The notes beneath the pieces were generated by a model. It saw only the letters and a list, made by a program, of their open reading frames with translations. It was not told the DNA's origin and did not search any database. This document shows positions 1 to 12,109 of a stretch of 64,000 nucleotides of DNA, piece after piece. Both the position numbers and the translations under genes were made by a program. The first letter of the stretch is position 1; each line of letters opens with the position of its first letter. Source of the DNA: Chiloscyllium plagiosum (lineage: Eukaryota); contig NC_057756.1 of the NCBI RefSeq assembly GCF_004010195.1, positions 3,205,824-3,269,823 on the forward strand, in the 5' to 3' direction.

Positions 1-299
1 AAGTTGTCAGAAAAATCACGAAAATGATGAATGCTGATGGTCAATACGGACAGTGATAACTGGATTAAGATGTGCAAACTTGACTTTCATATCATTCATC
101 TAATTTCTAAAATGCAATTAACCTACGAGAAGCACTGTTTCAAAAGATAAACACAATGTAGACGCTGCCATTATATCTTCACTAATGAAGATTATTTTTC
201 TCATTTATTGACACATAACATATTAATGTATCTGTTTCTAGATAAAAACAAATCAATACTTTGCTCATGGACTTTTTTTCCCAATTAATGTAATGATTT

Positions 300-2415
300 T
301 AAAGGGCTGCAGTGTCATTTTATTGGTCACCATGTATTAGCCAAGTAGTGGATGTTGAGTAGATAATACTGAGCATCAGTTTTGAAGAGGATTATTCTTT
401 TGATGTATTTGGAAGCCAAACACCGTTTATGAGAGTTTCAGAATTACGACAAAACAATGTAAGGGGAATGTTGATATGTCTCTAAGCACTATGTCTTTCT
501 ATTCTGCAAGTTGTTCCTAGGATCTTCACCAGTTGTCATTCTCGTTGGTCGTAGTCATGTACCTTTTCAAAGTCCATACTATTGCTATTGTCCAACTGCA
601 GTGCATGGAAGGAGAGGATGTGATGTTGATCCAGACTTTTGATGTGATGTCAAGATTTTTGCTTCCATGCAGTTAATGCGAATTACTTGATCACACTCAT
701 GCCTTTTGCTTTCTACATGTGCCAGGAGTTGGGGCGTAACAGCTCAGTTATTAGTTGCAGGATTCCCATCCTCTTACCATCATTTATCGCCAGACGACTT
801 GTACGGCCAGTCCACGACTGTTTATATACCGTGATGAACCTAATGGAGTTGATTACTTGATAGTCAGTAGCGTTTGTACTGTTGATTTTCAAGATGTGAT
901 GGTTGGATGATTGAAATTTGGAGATATTTAATTGTAATTGTGTGCTGTAAATATTTGTTTGAGCCTTGTACGCCAATAGCTGTATATTGACAAGTACTGC
1001 GGTATTGAACATGAGATTCCTCACTGTCTATGGTCTGCTTAATTGGGCTACATTTTCTCAATCTTCAACAAGCATCCTCAATTCTGCACCTATAACAGAA
1101 AGAAGGGGAGTAAGGAGACAGTAAAGTTTCGTTGTGCAAAGGAAACTCCTGCAGGAACGTGTTGATTTTGAGATGTGTGACACACAATGAGAATGACCTT
1201 CCCTTATATTAGGTGTGAATGTAGACAGTAGAAAGTTTTACCACTTATCGCGTTTTTTTTAAACTGGCACACATTTCTTCTACTGTCGATTAACTGTTTC
1301 GCCCCGTTAAATGTAGTCAGACTAACCACATCCCTGGAATGCGATTCCATTGTTAAAGCATACACAGAGACTGAACTGAGGTCAGAAGATGTCATGACCT
1401 GCGAAATATCAAGCTGAGTGTTACTAAGCACATTATTGCCAAATGATCACTGCGTGATAATGCTTTTGGTGCCACTTTCCATTATTTCTTCTATTTTGCA
1501 TAGCCCATAATAGATTTTACAGCAGAAATCTCAAGTCTGTCGTCGAACATTTGCCTGGGTCTGAGCCTTTGCAGAACCTAATAATTCCAACAACCATTTG
1601 ACTCGAATGGATACTTCTGATGCCAACATCCTCCAGATGAGGAAGACATTCATTGTGTTGTGGATGCTTTGCATATTCATCCAGTTTCCATTTACATTGA
1701 TTTGATGGATGCTCCCATTACTGTTGGCTACGTGTTTTGTGCAACCACCTCCTCCAATGAAGTTTATGATTGTCCAGCATCATTCGTGACGAAGTGTCAT
1801 TGGATTGCTGAGCGTAGACCGGTTCTGCTGCAAAGGACATCTTTAACACTTTCTATCACTCGCTGTTAATTCTCCTTCGGTTGCGTAAATTCCTTGTTGA
1901 AAGATTAACATGGTTGATACACCATTATCTGGGCCTGCTGTTGTTCTGGGCACAATGGCCTGTAGTCGTCACTGATCAAGGGCGAACATGTTTCTCAAGT
2001 GTAATGGTCATGTGAAGAATAGGCTAGGTTACTGCATTTCACATTGTGACACAGAACAAGTCGGTGGTATATAGTGTGTTACGACTGCTGAAATTTCAAT
2101 GTTCGAGATTGTGAAACTTTATCACATGCAGCAAGGCGAGACTTTCATTTCTCAATATTTCTTCCTTATCCGGATGAAATGTGGCCTCAGGTGATTAGAT
2201 GTCAATATAATATAAACAGAATAAATACGAATGTTATGTTCAATTTAGAATTCAAAGAAATTGGAATCTTAGAGTGGTCCATATTGAATGCGACAGTAGT
2301 GTCAATGTTCAGAAATCCATGGTGAAGTAGTCTCGTGCTGACTCCCACAAGATGATAGAAGATGTGTGGTGGAAAAATCATTACTTCCGATAAGTGTTTG
2401 ACACCAAAATCACTC
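300..2415 (-). mobile_element. Heavily decayed CR1/L2-group LINE (RT region and 3' end)
   Basis: Minus-strand GNNVLSNTQLDISQVMTSSDLSSVSVYALTMESHSRDVVSLTTF (ORF 1204-1431) aligns with the LINE RT stretch LSDAQFGFRQGHSAPDL..LVQTW..ELNSRGEVRVTALD; 'tggacaatcataaacttcattggaggaggtgg' resembles the WTIKQLTGGGG segment; many indels and stops. Family assigned from memory. Confidence 0.7.
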
Positions 2416-2417
2416 TG

Positions 2418-2428
2418 GATAGACAGAC

Positions 2429-2507
<79 letters not shown>

Positions 2508-2508
2508 C
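2418..2508 (+). repeat. (GATA)n microsatellite with GACA variants
   Basis: Directly visible; source of the YLSI repeat in ORF 2202-2552. Confidence 0.98.
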
Positions 2509-4049
2509 AAAAACAAACAAACAAACATGTAGATAAGCAGGTACATCGACAATCACGAAGACAGAGAGTCGGATTTATGAAAAACGGAGACAGGATAGTT
2601 GAATAAATACATGGATGGAAAGGATCATACGAATGTGTATGAAAGTTTGACGGTATGGAGAAATGCTGAAAAGAGATTTTTTCTCTGCAGTTATTTGTAC
2701 CAATAAACTAAGTAATAATGCATGTCATCTAAAGTTCTGTGTTCACTGACTGAAATTGATTTTATTTTTCAAATATCTGTAGAAGTATTAATTCAATATA
2801 TTAGGCCAAACGTACAGGGAACAATCGTTTACACAGCAACATAATCAATTTCAACATTTCCTCTGATGCATTCAAGATGTGCAGATGAACATTTCTCTAA
2901 TGTTTACTTTTTTTTTCTCTTTTCAGAGAACGGAGACGTGAAACCAGGCCTGGAAGATGAACATATGAGCAATGACTTCAGAACCAAGTTTTCAGTCCAT
3001 TACTGATGCAGCACTAAACTTCTCCACTGTTTATCAAATATTTCATTGTAATGATTTCCGTTATGAGGCCGTGTTAAGCATTAGACATTTGCGTTACTCC
3101 TTTACTATGATCTCTCGTTTTCTTCTTCTGAGATCATATCATAATGCACACATGGAAACCTGGAGAATGCAACAAATGCTTCAGCTGCCGTTCATTCTCC
3201 CCAGCGGTTTGCCTGTGTTCAAAAACATAGAAAATGACAGACTGGTTATGTAGCATCACATCCACTTTTTCTAATGCGTCCTACAAACGTGAGAACTATT
3301 CTGGCTGAAAGTTTTTTTTTCATTCAGCGATTAGTAAGACTTTTCAGTTCTGCATATATACATATAAGATTCTGTCCTCACTCCATTATGACATTGATGT
3401 AAAATGAGTTCATATTTTTTTTTATTCTGGACAAGTTCATATTTAATTTGAGAATTGTAATGCATTTTCAAGTGCACTTCTACCACATAGACAATGAAAT
3501 TCCTGTTTTAGGCAAGTATTCTGATTTGGATTTCGATGGGCTTTCCACAGTGCACACAATTATGGACTCAGTGTATATCAAAATATCACTCCTGAGTGAC
3601 AGATTTAGAAAATCTTAAGTTTTTCGAAACGTAAAATGATGACTTTCTATGCATTATGCCTGCATGGTCTCCTCCAATATGCATAAAACATGAATAACTT
3701 CGGTTGCCTTTCTCATGTAAAATCACACGAGAATTCCATTAAAATCATAATAAGTACTGACTGCCTCAATTTCAAAATAACTAAAAAACAACTCTAGATG
3801 TGAAGTATTGGCTCTGTATTTTTATTTTATTACCATTCCTGTGTGTTGCATTTTCCGTTTAGATTTTGAATTCATCCAAATCTGCTCTTATCCGTCGTCG
3901 ACCATGTTGCAATTTTAAGAGTTTTCTGTCGGTTGTAGTCTCCAAAGCTCTACACATTATGAACATTTTTTTATGAATGTGATCCCTAAAATTTAAAAAC
4001 CCTTTGCTAATACTTCTTTTTTAAAAAGAATTCTGGAAGTATTTCATGA

Positions 4050-5210
4050 AAAGATGCTGTTCAAGTGTCCAGGGATTATTTAGGAGATGGTGTACCATAG
4101 AACAAGCTTATTAAATGATGTTAGAATTTAAAGAAGAAAACAGTAGCAATAACATGGTGAAGTTGAGCTTCAGGTATGTGAAGTGCAAGTTGCTTCAGAA
4201 ACTAAATAACGGTAATTACCTAAGGAATGAATGCAACATATTCATGCGTGGACTTGGAAAATTGCATCTTTTGGAGCAAAAACGATTGAGAAAGGAATCA
4301 AGAAAAATTTTCATTCACAATTAAAAATCATACAGATGTATAGTCTCATGTATACGTGTGTGCATTTCTGCACACATCTACCAACGAAAAAGGATTCTAC
4401 AAGGTGGATAAACCATTCATCCTTTATCAGGGAAGTTAAACATAGCATCAAAGTGTCATGCTGGAGAAGTGCATCCAGTCAGGCTGGATCAAAGAAGCAG
4501 TAGAATCGACGTTTCGAGGATAAAAGCTCTTCTCCATGTTAAAGCTAGCGTCAAGATGATCGTAATAACAATATAATATGAGTCCCATATTTGGGATAAT
4601 CCAGGGCACATTTTACGTTAGAAAAAAATGTATTAATCATTACATAAAATATCTGTTACTAAAAAACATTGTGTGTAATCATGCACATATATATGGACAA
4701 ATAGAAACAGCTTCTACTTAATAAAAAAACACAAAACACCAGAAAGTCGAATGTGACTATGTACTCCTGGGTGAATTTGGCATGAATATAATAATCGGGA
4801 ACGAGTTCAAGGATAAATGTTAATAGTCTTCACTGTAGAACGTATCATTTACATTAAAAAAAGAAAGCTAACTGGTCAAGGAGGTAATAAATGTTGTGAA
4901 ATAAATTTACAGAATACATCTAATGAGAGAAAAGTTGCTCAGGAGAATGATGTGCTAAATCCGTACACGTTTACTGGACCAGATGGAACTCCTAGTACAT
5001 ATTAAAAGAAGCATAGGTAGAGATCGCGAATTCAACTTTAATAGACCACCAAAACAGTTTGTATCCTCGAAAATATCTGAAAAATTTTACAACTGCTAAT
5101 CATCTATCTAATTTGAAAAGTGACGGAAATTCTGTATACACGATTTTAACTGCAAAGAGATAGACAGTAAAGGCTTTTTTTCGGACTGGGAAGGGAAATC
5201 AAAGAACAAT
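4050..5210 (+). mobile_element. Decayed CR1 ORF2 fragments with a Penelope-tail remnant at about 4410-4540
   Basis: TFTGPDGTPS (ORF 4817-5005) matches the CR1 KSPGPDG motif; 'gaatcgacgtttcg' at 4503-4516 is typical of PLE terminal repeats. Confidence 0.55.
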
Positions 5211-6439
5211 GGCTCGTTTGGACTTCTTATTATCCCGCTTTATGGGAAAGCTAATCGTAGTTCAAAGTACATGTGTGCCATTGCTATTGTCCACAGTAAG
5301 CTGACCTAACACTGCAGCACCTCCCACTATGCCCCGTATCTAAAACAGTACATGTCCTGAGAGGGAGGAGCCAGAACAAATTCCTGCAGTACTTGCTTAC
5401 CTCTATTAGCGATTGCCTACTTGTCTGACTGAAAATACATTGTCACCGCCTCACTGAAATAGCTACTGATCGGAAAATCTACGTCCTGTCAGCTAAACAC
5501 TTCCAAGTGCAGCTCCAAATAATCTGTGAGATGTGAGAGGAGTTGCAATGCTTTCACCAGATATATTCACAAGTGACACACGACGACATCTTGATCCAAC
5601 ACATCTGACAGAAGGAGAATACCAAAACATAGACTATCATCGCTAACCCTCCATCAATCCATACATTTCGGAGAGGGAAAAGGTCTTGCTTTGCTCTCCT
5701 CAAAAAAGCGATTCATCTCGATCTACTTACATGTAACTAGCAGCACCTCAACCACAAGGCATCACCTTTCAAAAAGACCAGAAAATGTGAAAGCAACGTG
5801 TTTTACACGAATTCATCACACTCCCACGTTTATTATAATTCAACTTTTCACTATCTTATTCTTTGCTCTCCGTGCTGAATGCACTTTCAGATTTTTTTTC
5901 AGCTAAAGCATTCACTCTTTTGAAAGCCAGATGTTACCGGTTTATTTAGTTATATTAATTACCTACAGCACAGGAAAGCTGTTTTATAATCTCAGTTGGC
6001 CTGAAAGAAGAAGAAACTTAAATATCTGCACGTCTTTTATCTGAAGCATTAGGATTTAAGAAAGCAAAGGATTAAGCTTAATAAAGTCCAACATTTAACT
6101 TACCTCCCAGTATTTTGGAGTTCAACCTCCTTGCCGGGGAAGTTTAAGCTGAATTTTCATACTGTCAAGGTCTGCACATTTTCAGTGTCAGAATATTTCA
6201 ATTGCACATGACTGCGCAAACAGAGAAGATTTATTCAGTTTGTTTCTGAGGTGGAGCTGCACAGGCTGCATTCGTTCCAATTTTTTTGGAGAACAGAGAC
6301 TGAGAGGTCGTGCATAGCTTTGGTAGAAATCACTTACTTGAGTTAGTGGGAGAATCTAGCCAGACCGATTTTGCAAAACACAGGCAGAATGGGAGTGGCA
6401 TTTAAGTAAGTAGCACCAACACAGGGCGACGCAGTAAAG

Positions 6440-7500
6440 GGCATCTCCCAGTGCTGAGTACTCATATGGTTTTAATTGGAGGGGTCTCAGTCAATCGTAA
6501 GCAAGGCAAAGAAAATGCAAATTTGGGTGGATACTAGTCGCACCAGTGGCGAAGGAAAAACCCCTAGGGAAATCCCTTGGTAGGCATTCCAAGACAAATT
6601 GTCGGCAAGAAATTTAAAATTTTGAAGAAGGCTGTGGTACTCAGATACCTGAAGGATAACAAGGTAGAAAACTAGCACGAAAACCTAAATCTGCGAAGCG
6701 AGTTGAATGAACTGCAAGAAGATTTTTTTTAAAGCGCTTGCAGAAGAAAAGGTGAATTATTTCAACCAAATTAAAGAATGTGAGAGGCATTATGAGAAAT
6801 TAGTGAGAGACAGAAATAAATATGAGGTGACATCTAAACATGATCATACGGAGAAATAAGCATTTAAAAGCATTTCAATAATTTGAAGACTGCCGTGAAT
6901 ATAATATATACAACAGTTCCAGGAAAGAGCAGGACGACATGTTATTTGAGAGAGAAAATATTTACGGAAGCAGATCTTGGCTCAGAGAGCCATAAGGAAT
7001 ACATTGGAAAAAAAAGTTTTAGAAAAGAGGATAGAGGAAGTGTAGACGTAGAATGGAAGATCTAGTAGACAAATGTGGGATGTTGCAGAAAGAAGATCAG
7101 CAGGAATGCGATGCCGCAGCACCTACCAGGATGAAATAGTCAGACCGAGCCCTATCTGCTCTATTGCGTCCTGCAGTCGTAAATGATAGAGGAGGAGAAA
7201 CTGCTCAAAATATTATCTATTGCATTGCCTTTTGAAACATGCAACTAAACAGCCTTGTTCAATTTGAAGACGTGCATCAGCTGAAGGATGACCCCCCGGA
7301 GCAGATCACAAACAGATGCGCCCAGATTAGTTGACAAACCGCAAAAGAAATCAGAATTAACATTTCTGCACCCAAATGCTGCAGAAGTGCGACAAAGTAA
7401 AATAGTTTATGGACAGTAAATCCTCTTCTGTTAAAAAAAGAACTATTTTAGCAGCCATGGAAGCTGACAGATTCGATCCAGGTGGATCGGTAAATATGTC
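6440..7500 (+). mobile_element. Probable LTR-retroelement gag-like relic (coiled-coil rich), cut at 3' by a CR1 tail
   Basis: Purine-rich, E/K-rich broken frames (LKTAVNIIY..., ORF 6883-7065) resembling shark LTR-element gag; no catalytic motif seen. Confidence 0.4.
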
Positions 7501-7504
7501 AATA

Positions 7505-8280
7505 AGACCATAAGCATAGATGTCATTGAAGCAGAAATTAGGCCATTCAGCTCATCGAGTCTGCTCCACCATTCAATCATGACTGCTGTACTTTTTGATC
7601 CCATTTCCCGCTTTCTCCACATTAAGTTTGATCCCCTCGGTAATCAAGAAGCTATCCATCTCTGTTCTAAACATTCTCAATAAAATGACTTCCTCCACGT
7701 TTTGGTTGTAATGCATTGCACATATTTACCACCTTGTGGTTAAAACGTTTCTCCCTTTCTCTGTTGTAAAGGGTCTTCCATTACTCCAAAACTGTAACCT
7801 CCCCCCTCCTGCTAAGGGAAATATCGTCCCAATGTCCACTCTGTCCAGCTCGTTGAGTGCAATGAAATTTGCAATGAGATCCCCCTGCATCGTTTTGAAC
7901 TCGATGGAGTATAGTCCCAGAGTCCTCAAACGTTGCTCATATGCTCAGCCTTTCATTCCAATGATCATTTTCGTGAACCTCTTCTGAACCCACTCCATAC
8001 ACAATTCGTTTCGCCTGAGATCTGGGGCAAAAGAATATTCATGATACACCAAATGTAGTCTCAGCATAGTCTTATATTTTGTCGGAAGGCCATCTCTTTT
8101 TTTGTGTTCTAGTTCACTCAAGATGAATGACGGCATTGTATTTGCCTTCGTAACTACCACTCAACCTGCATATTCACTTTTATAGAAAACTGAACCAGAA
8201 GTCTCAAGTCCCTCTGAACTTCATATTTCTGAATTTGTGGTGCGTTTGAAAATATTCCAAGAATCTATTTTCCTATGAGG
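7505..8280 (-). mobile_element. CR1 (HER1-like) LINE 3' end
   Basis: ORFs 7726-7929 (LGLYSIEFKTMQGDLIANFIALNELDRVD) and 7945-8160 (VQKRFTKMIIGM) match the CR1 ORF2 C-terminus. Confidence 0.9.
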
Positions 8281-8366
8281 CAGAAAAGCTGGTCGCACAT
8301 GATAGGTTTTGCTGCCTCACTCTAGTCATTGTTGCAGAATATTTATGTTCTCAATAATGATCTCCA

Positions 8367-8536
8367 AAAACTACCGGACTGAGAGAGTTCGCTGTGGTTT
8401 CCATCTTTGTGTTGCATGAAAAACTACTGGACTGAGTGAGTTAACAGAGTCTTACATGAAATCATGCATTTTTTGAGCAAAACTACCGGACTGAGAGAGT
8501 TCGCTGTGGTTTCCATCTTTATGTTGCATGAAAAAC
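8367..8536 (+). repeat. 58-bp direct duplication enclosing a 46-bp copy of 9767-9812
   Basis: aaaactaccggactgagagagttcgctgtggtttccatcttt[g/a]tgttgcatgaaaaac at 8367-8424 and 8479-8536. Confidence 0.95.
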
Positions 8537-9399
8537 AAGACTCACGAAAAGGCTTATGAACCCGACAGAGGCCACACATAAAAGAGCATGGGAAAGGGAA
8601 TGTGGAATCTAAATTAGAGGAAGATGACTGCATCGTACCTGCAAACATTTCCTTGTGAGAGGCCGATGTTGAATGGTTCCTTTATGCCCATGCAAATCAA
8701 TGTGGAAGGGCAGGACCACCGGAATCTCCCCATTCTTCCAGCAACAGACAACTTGTGAGAACTAATAATTCGTGTTTTTTGTCTGCAGAGTGGGAAAATA
8801 TGTTCCATATATTCTGACCCCTTTGAAGGTTGGCACAAATGAAATACAAAGCTGATTCTTGCCCCGAGCGGGATTCCCAGCCCATGACACAAAACAGCAC
8901 ACAAATAATTGAGGTAACGGGAGGGTTGTATTCCAGCTCATATTGATGATTTCAGGCCTCTTCGACGAGGCTTGAAACGGGAAATTCCTTCATGGATGGA
9001 AGAATTGCAGCCTATGTATCCTTTGGTACACAGGCTGATCCTGAACCAACCTGAACACGTTGGTATCAATATACCTGTAAAATTGAAACAGAAATAATTG
9101 TAGTTCGTTTTACAGCGCATTCACAAGTAGAACAGGTAACACGTCCTTCAAATGTACAAGTTGCATCTATATTCTTACAGCACGTGGTAGTTCTACTAAC
9201 ACTGACACAAAAGCGGGAACACACCTTAGAAAGTGATTTGATGATAAGAGCTGCTCGTTGCTTTGACCCAATCAAAAGTTTAATCTGGCAAATGCGAAAA
9301 CTGAGCGAGAAACAGATCTTTGTTGAAACATCAGTGGATCAATTCTCGGGATGAATTTACCGGACACGAGAAACACACTCTCGAATTCAAACTTAAAAA

Positions 9400-10035
9400 A
9401 TAAATAACACCAGGTTATAGTCTAACAGTTTTAATTTGAACTAGTAGCTTTCAGAGCGCCACTCATTCATCAGGTGTTTGTGGAGGTCACAATTCTAAGA
9501 CACAGAATTTATAGCAAAAGATAACAGTGTGACTTAGCTGAAAGTATATATTAAAAAATACATTGATTGTTTGTTGAATCTTTCATCTGTTCGAATACCA
9601 TGATATTTCCACTCCTTTCATATGTACATTACAAAACTTTTTTTTTGTAAAATTACATTCTCAGGTTAACTGTAACAATTGATTTGAGCCAAATAATACG
9701 TTGAAGGTGTTAGCCCCCATGTTCTCAACCTGTGCAATAATGTTTAGACTGATTCTAATCTAAAATGTGAGTTAACAGAGTCTTACATGAAATCATGCAG
9801 TTTTTGAGCAAAGTACAATGTAACTCTGCAAGTACAAATTCACCCCACAAACGTATATGTATATGTGTGTGTGTGGGTTTGTGTGTGTGTGTGTGCGTCT
9901 GTCTGTCTGTCTGGGGTGGTGGGATGTGAGTGTGAGAGGGAGTGTGTATGTGAGTGTAGAGCGACTAGGTCTGTCAGGGGGTGCATGTGTGAGTGTGGGA
10001 GTGTGTCTGTACGAGTGTCTGCAGGTTACACACTG
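9400..10035 (-). mobile_element. Penelope-like element 3' tail with (CA/GT)-rich tract and minimal hammerhead motif
   Basis: Minus strand 9473-9449 reads CTGATGA-atgagtggcgctct-GAAA; GT-rich tract at about 9860-10020. Confidence 0.8.
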
Positions 10036-11224
10036 CATCTGCACTCTTTCTGACAAGGCATACGTATTTTTCATTCCTGTGTTAAATGAACCTGAGATTG
10101 GAAATTCAAGAACTAAGACGACATTTCACTACGTGATAAAAGTCAACCCAAATGAAAAGATCTATTCGTTTTCTCCAAGCCCTTGCTAATTGTGAATCTT
10201 TATGTTGATGTCCACATTGTGCCAACACCCAATGTTTTTTTTCGACAGATATTTCAACTTTTATTTTACATTCGGACTGTTAACTTATCAATTTTGGTAT
10301 AAGTGCTGTTAATATCCATCATACAAATCCTCTTTAAATTTCTTTATTTATAATTCATGAAATGTGTGGCAGTAAATGCTAGTACAATATTATTATTTTT
10401 TCATTCCTCCCTTTCTGCAATGCTATACTTAACATTTTGCAGATGGGAAAATTGGTCCAAAACCTTGCCGTTGATTTTGTTCATTTAACACATACATATT
10501 CTATTGACTTCAGCTGCAAATTCACCATTTAGTTTCAATTATTTATGTTATTTTCCACTGTGCTTCATTGTTGTCTCCTGAAAATGCAGTTGTGAAAAAT
10601 TCTTTGTACCGAAAGCCGCTGATAGAACTGTCAACAATGTATTTTTGCAGCTGTTTTGTATTGGAACCAATTGTGCCAGCTGCGTTTCATCTTTCAAAGG
10701 AAACATTCACTATTTTGTCTTTTACATACTCTGTCTAATAATTATCTCAGGTAGAATTAAATCTATTAACGCCAATCACGATTAGCATTAATTTTTTATG
10801 GATTTTCAGAAGGCACCAGTTTTTAAACGTAATGATCTTGAAAGGAATTTAAGCAACCATGTTGAATAGCTGCAAGTTATAAAATGATTACGTTGATTAG
10901 AAATTAAAGCACCTGATCAAAAAATTATCCGTGGTCATCATTTGACATTCTTTATTTACCTCGAATGATCATCAGTAATCAGCGCTACATCTAACCTTCT
11001 GCTCAACAATTACAGTTTATTTATTATATCTTTTGAGTTCGAAGTTCATTACTCGACTGCTGTCTACACAACGTATATTCACAGTGATTTGCATTTTAAT
11101 TGCCATTTCATGTTTCTTTTAATATCAGTGTAAAAAGAAAGGCCTGTATAAAAAGATAAGCGTTTACTTTAAAACCAGATCGAGGATTGTAGGGCACGCA
11201 AAGAAACCTTACTGTAATGATACT

Positions 11225-11320
11225 TTAGATTACTTACAGTATGGAAACAGGACCTTCGGCCCAGTAAGTCCACATCGACCCGCCGAAGCGCAACCTACCC
11301 AGACCCATTCCCCTACAATT
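11225..11320 (-). mobile_element. HE1-like SINE 3' end
   Basis: ttagattacttacagtatggaaacaggaccttcggccc... is the reverse of the SINE/CR1 shared tail. Confidence 0.7.
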
Positions 11321-11334
11321 CCTCGAGAGATGAG

Positions 11335-11490
11335 ACAACATCAGTTTATACTATAACAGGTCAATATGAAATCGTACACTTTCTCAGCGCTGCTCCTTGG
11401 TCAGGTGATTTACAATAAATCTGTTGAACTATAACATTATATGGTGTGACTTTTGTCTTCTCCACCCCAGTCCAACAGCGACTCCTCCTT
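11335..11490. mobile_element. Short inverted Penelope-tail fragment (same family as 9400-9480), degenerate
   Basis: caacatcagtttatactataacagg ... ctgttgaactataacattatatggtgtg imperfect inverted arms around a decayed hammerhead (ctttctcagcgctgctccttggtcag). Confidence 0.6.
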
Positions 11491-12109
11491 ATCATGCTCG
11501 AGACAAACACATGAAAGGAGTTGCTACGCAATATGGTCAACTGTCTTTCATCGAATTGCTTTAATGCTGTTGTTGTTTTTGAGTATGCTGGTCCAGGGAT
11601 AGTTTCATTGAAATAAAGATAACCACTCAATTTCTGTTACTTTGAGATTTAAACATCTTTATTCATATCACATTTAAACCTGACATCATACAAGATTGAT
11701 CATTTTTGTGATAATCAACTCAGCATGAGCAGCGCAGCTACTTTGTGGGTGAGAGCATCCATGATGACTGTCGTCTTCAACTGGAATAATCAATCCGTAT
11801 CAGAAACAGTAGACTGAGTCATAATAATTGAAATTACCCAGATTTTAAATATATATGTAATACTATTAGCAATTCACATATCTACACGAGAACATTCAAT
11901 GTCAGTGCTTTGGGATTCGAGAAACATTTTGGCTTTCGCAGATCGTTCGGTTCCTGTAGAGCATAACTTGATTCATTTAAAAAATAAAGGACAATATGAA
12001 TCTCTTACAGCTATAGCTTCGATACATTTCAACACACAAGAGAAGAATATACGCAAATGTTTCATATAAAACAGCTTTATACGATTAGAATACTGCAATC
12101 ATATACATC

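Noticed and set aside
300..2415. Apparent fibronectin pseudogene (VSVYAL, TAGPD, LHGSKNLD-like motifs; similar-looking pieces at 39.4-40.6, 48.8-49.1 and 54.4-55.6 kb)
   Set aside because: Most of these segments are better explained at DNA level as LINE RT/3' end, CR1 fragments, or Gypsy gag/LTR. The 54.4-54.7 kb piece remains unassigned but is too weak alone. The matches needed frequent frame hopping and ignored FN1 intron structure.
2202..2552. 116-aa ORF with YLSI repeats; also the VC/HT-rich ORFs at 9793-10189 and LS-rich ORFs at 33657-33997
   Set aside because: Translations of GATA, GT and GA simple repeats.
2928..3007. Plus-strand exon after a strong polypyrimidine acceptor (NGDVKPGLEDEHMSNDF...)
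   Set aside because: Resembles decayed CR1 (IPGLEDLSYEERL); no linked exons, so it is not supportable as coding.
8367..8536. CRISPR-like repeat-spacer-repeat with a 'spacer' matching a mobile element
   Set aside because: Only two full units of 58 bp, eukaryotic context, no cas genes; microhomology junctions fit template switching.
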